Virus record (IMG/VR): IMGVR_UViG_3300035698_021037
Span: 1,903 to 65,902 of that record
DNA length: 64,000 bases
DNA from: a virus
Lineage: Duplodnaviria > Caudoviricetes
Strand: one strand, 5' to 3'
Shown here: piece by piece, positions 57,641 to 64,000 of the stretch
How the letters are laid out: each line of letters starts with the position of its first letter
How positions within the stretch are numbered: position 1 is the stretch's first letter
Translations under genes and position numbers: made by a program
Notes under the pieces: generated by a model
Told to the model about the DNA's origin: nothing
The model's input: the letters and a program-made list of their open reading frames with translations, nothing else
The model's database searches: none

Positions 57641-58114
57641 TTAATTGGCCCCCGTCTGATGCAGCTCCAAAAAGGCGAACATGAGCGCCATGTCCTGGCT
57701 AACCACCATATCCGCCGAAGCAACCCGAAAACCGATGCTTGTCAGGACGCATCCGACGCATGCGAGATTGGCGACGTCCGTATTTGAGCAGGGATTATCC
57801 ATCTGGAACCCTACCGTGTTGGACTCGCCAAAGTTCGTCATCGTACAGACATCGCCCAAACGCTCAATAAGAGCGCTGTTGATGGCTTTGGGGCCGACAA
57901 CGGAACCCATCTGCAGGTTGCCCTGTGTACGACCGCCAATGAAATATGAGTTGTTGCTGCCAATTTCCCAGATACGAGAGACTTGCTGAAGATACTGAAC
58001 ATTGAGATTCTGCACCACCAGCACGTCGTCGGCGCCGGGAAGGATCAACGCGGAGTTCTCGGCCTTATAGGGTTGACCGATACCCGCTTCCCTACTAAAA
58101 ATATCCTTAGCCAT
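57641..58114 (-). CDS. tail tube protein
   Basis: 157 aa immediately downstream of the sheath; Q.V.RIWEIGS motif; AAGGAG RBS. Confidence 0.75.
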   Translation of the reverse strand: MAKDIFSREAGIGQPYKAENSALILPGADDVLVVQNLNVQYLQQVSRIWEIGSNNSYFIGGRTQGNLQMGSVVGPKAINSALIERLGDVCTMTNFGESNTVGFQMDNPCSNTDVANLACVGCVLTSIGFRVASADMVVSQDMALMFAFLELHQTGAN

Positions 58115-58134
58115 AATTCCTTCTCCTTTTCCAT

Positions 58135-58177
58135 AGGTAGGTCACGTCCCTTACCTGTTGCAAGGGACGCGCTACCT
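58135..58177. promoter_or_regulatory. sheath-tube intergenic hairpin
   Basis: AGGTAG..CGTCCCTT/AAGGGACG..CTACCT. Confidence 0.45.
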
Positions 58178-58184
58178 TTAGAGG

Positions 58185-61034
58185 CTAGACGACCAGGTGG
58201 ACCTCAATATTATTGAGCGGGTAAGGAAGCTCAAGGTCAACCACAACGACTACTCTGTCGAGCAGCGTTGCGTGCTGTTCGAGAGTACGAATAGTTCCGC
58301 CGATAAGCTGCGGACCAATACGCTCGATAGTAACGTTGTTCTTAAAGTACCCAAGCGTGTTGATGATTTCTTGACGAATAAGAGTCATCATCGTTCTGGT
58401 CACGTTACCACGACCAATATAAGGCTCCAACGCACTCTTGAGAGCGTAGCTGATACTGTCTACGTTCGTCGTAACGCTGTATTCCTTCGTATTGGTGCTC
58501 GTCATATCCGTAGTAAGCTGATGGCGCGTATAGATGGTACCAAGATCCGGATCCTGCGTTACAATCCAGGTGCCAGATGCGGCCAAGGTATTGAGCTGAT
58601 CATGAGTAAAGTACTCGGTCGTACGCGTCATGCTGTCGAAACCAGAAATCGCGACATTCGTCAGCCCCTGCTGAGGAGCCACACCCGATTTCAAGCCGGC
58701 CAGCGCGGCGCAGAGGTAGTAACCACATACCGACACACCACTAACGATCGGGTAATCCGGCCAGATGTTGACGACACGGCTACTTGCGTACGTGGCGCTC
58801 TTCGTAGCGATATAGGTAGCCTGCTCATTCTTCGTACGAGTTCTCCAAATTTCGATCTTCGAAGGCGTCGCCGTTGGAACCGAGGGCCCGGAGTAAAGAC
58901 GGATAGTATCCTCGTTAACAACGGTGTCAACCAGATACTCTTCGTAAGAAATTCCGTCCCATCCGTTACCGGTATATTTACAGCGTACGGTATCTCCGGC
59001 GCGAACTCCATTTGTACTGAAATTACCGTTGATGCCAGTCAGAAGCGTATACTGCGTCCCGACCGCATCCGGATCGTCGGTAATAGTAGCCAACAGAGTT
59101 CCGTCAGAGGTATTCTTGGTGACAAGTCCATAAGTGGCGACAGTAGGCGTACTGAGGAAAGCCGTACGCCATTTCGCTTCCGATGCGCTGGAGACGGACT
59201 GAACGTGCGACGCAACAAGATCTTGAATATCCTCGTCCCAAGTCATGGGCACAAGCCCATACACGGCGTCAGTGCCCTTGAGAACGCTCAGCGTATCCGT
59301 CCAACCGGTTACGGTATCAGCTGCAATACCGACGTACTTGACCGCAGTTCCGTTGGAATTGCTCACAGCCTTATACACGCCGTAGGCAATCGGGTTATCC
59401 GTATCGATCTCGCCAAGCAAGGCAGGAATATCGCTGACGTCGGAAATACTACCGACTGATGTAGCGTAAGAAGGATCAAGTGCGCGGTATTCCACGTAAA
59501 TCGTACCACCCTTGACAGTCAGAGGCAGCAGAGTCGAACCATCAATCCACGTGGAATCATAAGCGGTGACACCAGCTTCGAGACAAATCTGTGTAAGATT
59601 TTGAGTCCAGTTATAGACGCCAAGAACTCCTGTACGCTGTTCGGTAACTTCGATGTCTTTCTTGATGTAGAGCTTAACATCCAAATCACCAGCAGTAGAC
59701 TGCACACTGGAAGAACTTGAGCTGGAGTCATACCATCCGCTGCACAGGCCAAGCAACTCGTCCGGAAGGTTATTGGCCAAAACGAGCGTTCGGTAGGCTC
59801 CGGACGACGCGGCTTCAACAGAAATCGTCCACATATCTCCATCACACATGTACAAGCCGGTCAATACTGCTGTGACTCCCTTGGTACCTACTGCGAAAGC
59901 TACACCATTTGTTACTGTAGTTGGCCCGCTAACATCGGTACCACTGGCGTTGTAACAAGTTACCTGGGGCTTCACGCCGCCGTTGTATCCACCCAACGTA
60001 CATTCGATGATATACACGTCGTCTGAAGCTCCAGTGTAAGATCCGCTGGAAACAACTGTAGGCACTGCGTAAGTCTCTTGAACTGTGATGGTCCAAACCT
60101 GCCCAGTAACAAAATCGTCATCCACAAAAGCGCTCGTAGAACTAGAGAGCTCTCCGGATTCACTCGAATCAGAACTGGAAGAACTCGAGCTATTGGTAGA
60201 CGAAGCGTTATTCTGGAAAGTTACGGTAAGACCTCTCGCACCAATCGCTGTAGCAACACCGAAGGCGGAAGGTACAACAGAATCAACATCATCGTTCCCG
60301 CTGGCGCTAACCACAGAGAGTTCGGCCGTTGTCGCATCTCCGCCTGTAGAACCTTCGACAACAGTCACTACGTAGGTCTCGGAGGGGTCACCTTCGGGAA
60401 GTCCGAGGTAGGACGAAGAATTTACTGCGCCCCACAGACCTGTAGATGCGCCAGCTGTCTGCGTAATACTATCAGCAGCGCTAGTAGCCGTCTGGTTGCC
60501 AGAAGCGACAATAGCGGTTCCAACAACAGCGGCAACCGTATCGGCGACCATACCAATAATTGTGGTAAGCAGCTCCGTAGTCCGGCTACAGCTTAGGCTG
60601 GTCAAACGAACAACGTCGCCAATAGCTACGTCTCGATCATAAAAGGCTGCGCTACGAGAATACCCGTTGGCCGTCTTAAAGACCAACGTATCAGAACTGA
60701 CACGATTTCTCCCGGTGAAGCCTGCAGGGGCGCTAATTGAAGAAAGACTTCCAATCGGGTCGTGATAATACATCAACAACGCATCGTCGATGTAGATCTT
60801 GGTGTAGTCTTGATCCACTACGGTACCCACAGCGCGGCTAGGCCAACTGTAACAGGTATCGAGAAGTGGGTCGTACTCTCCAAGGTTTGTTTGCGCTTTT
60901 TCGGCTGCTGTATCATACCTGAACAGGTCGTACTTGGGGCCGATAACGCAAGCTCGCAGAGGCTCAGTGATAGCATCCGGAACAGTATTGAATTCCTGAT
61001 ACACCAGAGTCTGCGGAAGAATGTAGCTCGACAT
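58185..61034 (-). CDS. contractile tail sheath protein with poly-Ser inserts
   Basis: P.TLVYQE N-terminus; AALAG...P.QGLTN, TRHQLTT, EYSV, YIG, PYPLNNI.V C-terminal sheath motifs. Confidence 0.85.
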   Translation of the reverse strand: MSSYILPQTLVYQEFNTVPDAITEPLRACVIGPKYDLFRYDTAAEKAQTNLGEYDPLLDTCYSWPSRAVGTVVDQDYTKIYIDDALLMYYHDPIGSLSSISAPAGFTGRNRVSSDTLVFKTANGYSRSAAFYDRDVAIGDVVRLTSLSCSRTTELLTTIIGMVADTVAAVVGTAIVASGNQTATSAADSITQTAGASTGLWGAVNSSSYLGLPEGDPSETYVVTVVEGSTGGDATTAELSVVSASGNDDVDSVVPSAFGVATAIGARGLTVTFQNNASSTNSSSSSSSDSSESGELSSSTSAFVDDDFVTGQVWTITVQETYAVPTVVSSGSYTGASDDVYIIECTLGGYNGGVKPQVTCYNASGTDVSGPTTVTNGVAFAVGTKGVTAVLTGLYMCDGDMWTISVEAASSGAYRTLVLANNLPDELLGLCSGWYDSSSSSSSVQSTAGDLDVKLYIKKDIEVTEQRTGVLGVYNWTQNLTQICLEAGVTAYDSTWIDGSTLLPLTVKGGTIYVEYRALDPSYATSVGSISDVSDIPALLGEIDTDNPIAYGVYKAVSNSNGTAVKYVGIAADTVTGWTDTLSVLKGTDAVYGLVPMTWDEDIQDLVASHVQSVSSASEAKWRTAFLSTPTVATYGLVTKNTSDGTLLATITDDPDAVGTQYTLLTGINGNFSTNGVRAGDTVRCKYTGNGWDGISYEEYLVDTVVNEDTIRLYSGPSVPTATPSKIEIWRTRTKNEQATYIATKSATYASSRVVNIWPDYPIVSGVSVCGYYLCAALAGLKSGVAPQQGLTNVAISGFDSMTRTTEYFTHDQLNTLAASGTWIVTQDPDLGTIYTRHQLTTDMTSTNTKEYSVTTNVDSISYALKSALEPYIGRGNVTRTMMTLIRQEIINTLGYFKNNVTIERIGPQLIGGTIRTLEQHATLLDRVVVVVDLELPYPLNNIEVHLVV

Positions 61035-61052
61035 AAGCTTTTCCTCCTAGGG

Positions 61053-61694
61053 TTAAGTGATCGTGTTACTAACGGTAATCTTCTGGAGGTAAGGAGCGAT
61101 AGGACGTAGACGCCAAGTAATAAAGTAGGCCCACGCTACGGTCACAGGGACCACAAAGCTTTCGCGGGACTCTTCCAACTTGCCGACGCCGCCCATTCCG
61201 GCTATCTCCCATTTCGCCAGGGCAAAATCGCGGTGAATAACGGGGCCAAATTCGAGCAGTTCTTGAAGAACTTCCTGTCCAAGAGCCTCCGCCTCAGATC
61301 CTGCTTGACCTACACAAAAAATCGTATGACTTCCAGTCATTGCGCAGGTCTTTAAGTCTCCCTGATACTGATCAGCTCCTGTTTTGTCAATCCCGATCGT
61401 AATTCCATGATCGATTCCCAGCTTTCGTGGTCGAATTTCATTACGCTTAATCATAAGCGCAGGTCGTTGTTGCGTCGCCACGATGTTCCACCGATACGTC
61501 GATTCAATGAGAAGCTTCGACTGTGTCTCATCAGGGAGCCAAGTATAGCCTCTCAACTGATCCTGTTCAATGAAATCCGAGTTCGAGAAGTGCGAGATCA
61601 ACATCCAGCGTATCGCTCCGGTAATATACCGGGGACGAACCCCCTGTTGACAGAAGGCGCTGAGTTGCTCGAACGTGTACGTTGGCTCGGTCAT
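61053..61694 (-). CDS. putative tail terminator/neck protein
   Basis: RPALMIKR motif; position upstream of the sheath. Confidence 0.55.
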   Translation of the reverse strand: MTEPTYTFEQLSAFCQQGVRPRYITGAIRWMLISHFSNSDFIEQDQLRGYTWLPDETQSKLLIESTYRWNIVATQQRPALMIKRNEIRPRKLGIDHGITIGIDKTGADQYQGDLKTCAMTGSHTIFCVGQAGSEAEALGQEVLQELLEFGPVIHRDFALAKWEIAGMGGVGKLEESRESFVVPVTVAWAYFITWRLRPIAPYLQKITVSNTIT

Positions 61695-61900
61695 TGAACC
61701 TGTTCCGTTTCCATTTCACTGTGAACGCTTTGTCGTACGGCCCTTAGAGCGTTCGCATCTAGCTGCGGAGGAGGACCAAACAATGCTTCGTCAATCTCTT
61801 CCTCCGTCGGCTCAAATCCGAAGAGCGAATATTTTTGAAGCATCGTCTTAGTTTCTTCGCCTTCATTCTTCATTGTATCCTCGTTTTGTGCGTGGGGCAA
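61691..61900 (-). CDS. small acidic hypothetical protein
   Basis: 69 aa (shorter if started at ATG 61873); ATGA coupling. Confidence 0.4.
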   Translation of the reverse strand: MPHAQNEDTMKNEGEETKTMLQKYSLFGFEPTEEEIDEALFGPPPQLDANALRAVRQSVHSEMETEQVQ

Positions 61901-61910
61901 TGGCTTTTAC

Positions 61911-62957
61911 TTACCATCTGTCCTCACTTAATCCTTGTCTCCATTCTACGATAGGCGTCGCCGCTGAACTCGAGGATAGGGAGCTACTGAATGCTTCTGG
62001 ACCTACAAGGGGCGTTTCATATACCTTGTGTGTGAAAGGCGCAAGCCGAAGCTCGGCGTTGTAGATGAGAGGCACTCCGCGTATGGATGTCTGAATGCTA
62101 ATAGTCTGGAAGAAAAATCGTTCCCCGGTATCCTCGTCTACCCATACATCTTCTGTTTCCAGCATGGGATAAGCTACACACTCGATTTGAATCGTCTTCG
62201 GGTCTGTCACACCAATATTTTCTTGAGTTGTCTTTCTTCTCGGCTGCCGGTTTGTCGTTGCCGTCACAAAAGGAATAGCCGGGAAGTAGCCGTACAGAAT
62301 GCCAACGCCGTAACAGCGATTACAGTCGGCGTTCGTACGCTCATCCGTATCATAATCCAGACAAGAGGGACATTTTACGCCCCAGCGTCGTCGTTTGATG
62401 AGCCACCCGGTTTGACCGTCGCCCTTACTGAATCCCAAGTATTTCTGGCGAACGACCTCTCGAGCAATCAACCAATCATTTCGATTCAAATCCCCAAAGA
62501 TTGACTGGGGCTGTGAGATGTAGATCATTTCTTTAGAAGGCACAACCATACGAACGCGATAGTAACTCTGTTTCTGAACTCCCCAGTTACGTTTTTGTTC
62601 GTCAATGAACGAACAGCTATCAATAACCGGGTTGTCTGGGTTAAGGCATTCCCAGGGCCCACCCGGCCGCGCATGGTCCACGTAGAAGTGTACGCTTCCG
62701 GGATAGTTATAGGCCGGATCTATCTCCCAATAAATAACGCTGTCTCCAGGTACCCAGGAAGAGACGTGTAATCGCGAGATAGGGCTATCGCATTCGGCGG
62801 CGATAGTGTAAGAGGCAAAGGGATTATATCCGCTGGATAGACTGCATGAACTAGAACATGACGAACTTGATGAACTCGACGAACTGGGCGGAGGGGCAAT
62901 GATGATCTCCCACCAGCCGTGTGTGAATCTACTAAGATAATCACTGGGTGTCGCCAT
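61911..62957 (-). CDS. putative head-tail connector/neck protein with poly-Ser
   Basis: KRR.WG..CPSC...CNRCYGVG...GYF motif; Ser tracts near both ends. Confidence 0.6.
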   Translation of the reverse strand: MATPSDYLSRFTHGWWEIIIAPPPSSSSSSSSSCSSSCSLSSGYNPFASYTIAAECDSPISRLHVSSWVPGDSVIYWEIDPAYNYPGSVHFYVDHARPGGPWECLNPDNPVIDSCSFIDEQKRNWGVQKQSYYRVRMVVPSKEMIYISQPQSIFGDLNRNDWLIAREVVRQKYLGFSKGDGQTGWLIKRRRWGVKCPSCLDYDTDERTNADCNRCYGVGILYGYFPAIPFVTATTNRQPRRKTTQENIGVTDPKTIQIECVAYPMLETEDVWVDEDTGERFFFQTISIQTSIRGVPLIYNAELRLAPFTHKVYETPLVGPEAFSSSLSSSSAATPIVEWRQGLSEDRW

Positions 62958-64000
62958 TAGGGTGTTCTCATCAAGTATGTAATGCTGAATGTCACCAAAG
63001 GCGTCGTTTTATCATCATCATACATAATCAGCTGGCTACCGTCATCATTGATGGTCCATTTACCACCCGCCATGGAGTATACGATACGAAGAATATCAGC
63101 GAAGCTTGCTGTGCCTGTCGCCGTAAGCCCTGTCTTTGCGAAGACCGCGTCTCGAATCTGATTAGCGGTAGGTAGCCCACCTATAACATCGCTAGCAGAG
63201 TGCGTGGAAAATCCTGTAGCCTTGAAATCCGCAACACCGGATACGCTAGCTCCATTGACTTTTCCAACATCTACTTCATCGCTTGCAGGGTTGAACGTTG
63301 AAAATCCAGCGGCCTTGAAATCATCAACACTAGCTACAGCTGCCCCATTAACTTTTCCAACGTCTACCTTATCACTTGACGCATCAAAGGTTGAGAGTCC
63401 TAGAATACTTGCTTTAAAGTCACCTACCCCGGATACAACTACACCAGCGACCTTACCAATATCTACGGTGTCAGAAGTCGCATCAAACGTTGAAAATCCC
63501 GTGGCCTTGAAATCATCGATACTAGCCACATCAACCCCGTTAACTTTACCGATGTTCACTTCATCGCTCGATACATCAAACGTTGAAAATCCTGTAGCTT
63601 TAAAATCTGCAACACCGGTTACAACTACACCGGCGACCTTACCGATATCTACGGTGTCAGAAGTCACATCAAACGTTGAAAATCCTGTAGCTTTGAAATC
63701 TGCAACACCGGTTACAGCCGCACCTGCGACTTTACCTATGTCTACAGTATCTAAAGCTGCGCTAAATACAGAGAATCCCGTAGCCTTGAAATCATCAACA
63801 CTGGCTACGAGTGTCCCGTTAACTTTACCAATATCTACCTCGTCACTCGCAGCGTTGAACGTTGAAAATCCTGTAGCCTTGAAATCATCTATATCCGTAA
63901 TACCAACGTCACCAACCTCTTTTATGTTTGCTTCGACAACACCAGCATCAATGTTTAAGTTGTCAGTCAACGCGGTATCAGCTTCTGTGTTGATAGCGGG
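62957..64000 (-). CDS. repeat-containing virion fibre-like protein (5' end outside window)
   Basis: Frame is open to the window end; seven full 31-33 aa repeats DFKATGFSTF...VDIGKV.G plus one partial. Confidence 0.65.
   Translation of the reverse strand, partial: PAINTEADTALTDNLNIDAGVVEANIKEVGDVGITDIDDFKATGFSTFNAASDEVDIGKVNGTLVASVDDFKATGFSVFSAALDTVDIGKVAGAAVTGVADFKATGFSTFDVTSDTVDIGKVAGVVVTGVADFKATGFSTFDVSSDEVNIGKVNGVDVASIDDFKATGFSTFDATSDTVDIGKVAGVVVSGVGDFKASILGLSTFDASSDKVDVGKVNGAAVASVDDFKAAGFSTFNPASDEVDVGKVNGASVSGVADFKATGFSTHSASDVIGGLPTANQIRDAVFAKTGLTATGTASFADILRIVYSMAGGKWTINDDGSQLIMYDDDKTTPLVTFSITYLMRTP

Noticed and set aside
58197-59459. 420-aa plus-strand ORF
   Set aside because: Antisense shadow of the tail sheath gene with atypical Arg-rich composition.
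39209-61694. Extracellular contractile injection system or tailocin rather than a phage
   Set aside because: A terminase and a replication module are linked in the same window.
1-64000. Stop-codon recoding, tRNA genes, integrase/transposase, reverse transcriptase or diversity-generating retroelement
   Set aside because: Standard-code ORFs tile the window with tight coupling, and I saw no such motifs or cloverleafs by eye; tRNAscan and HMM searches were not run.

Overview
This 64 kb window is a densely packed fragment of a large dsDNA tailed phage with a contractile (myovirus-type) tail, read in the standard genetic code and mostly on the minus strand. From left to right it holds: (1) a replication/recombination block (primase, DnaB-like helicase, SF2 helicase, SbcC/SbcD, MoxR ATPase plus VWA-metallopeptidase); (2) the terminase large subunit and neighbouring genes; (3) a cluster of five glycosyltransferase-like genes (GT2, GT9, two DUF115/Maf-like, one KpsS/KpsC-like fusion); (4) a long virion module (baseplate, spike, tape measure, chaperones, tube, sheath, neck, a repeat protein truncated by the window edge) with an embedded sigma factor. 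Three things stand out. A solo Cas7/Csm3-like RAMP gene heads the helicase-primase operon from its own consensus promoter, with no CRISPR array or other cas gene visible in the window. At least seven proteins, six of them in the virion module, carry inserted poly-serine or Ser-Pro tracts next to Maf-like and other glycosyltransferases, suggesting a virion O-glycosylation system. An unannotated 30-aa hydrophobic ORF has a self-sequestering mRNA resembling a type I toxin. All assignments come from motif reading by eye; no searches were run.
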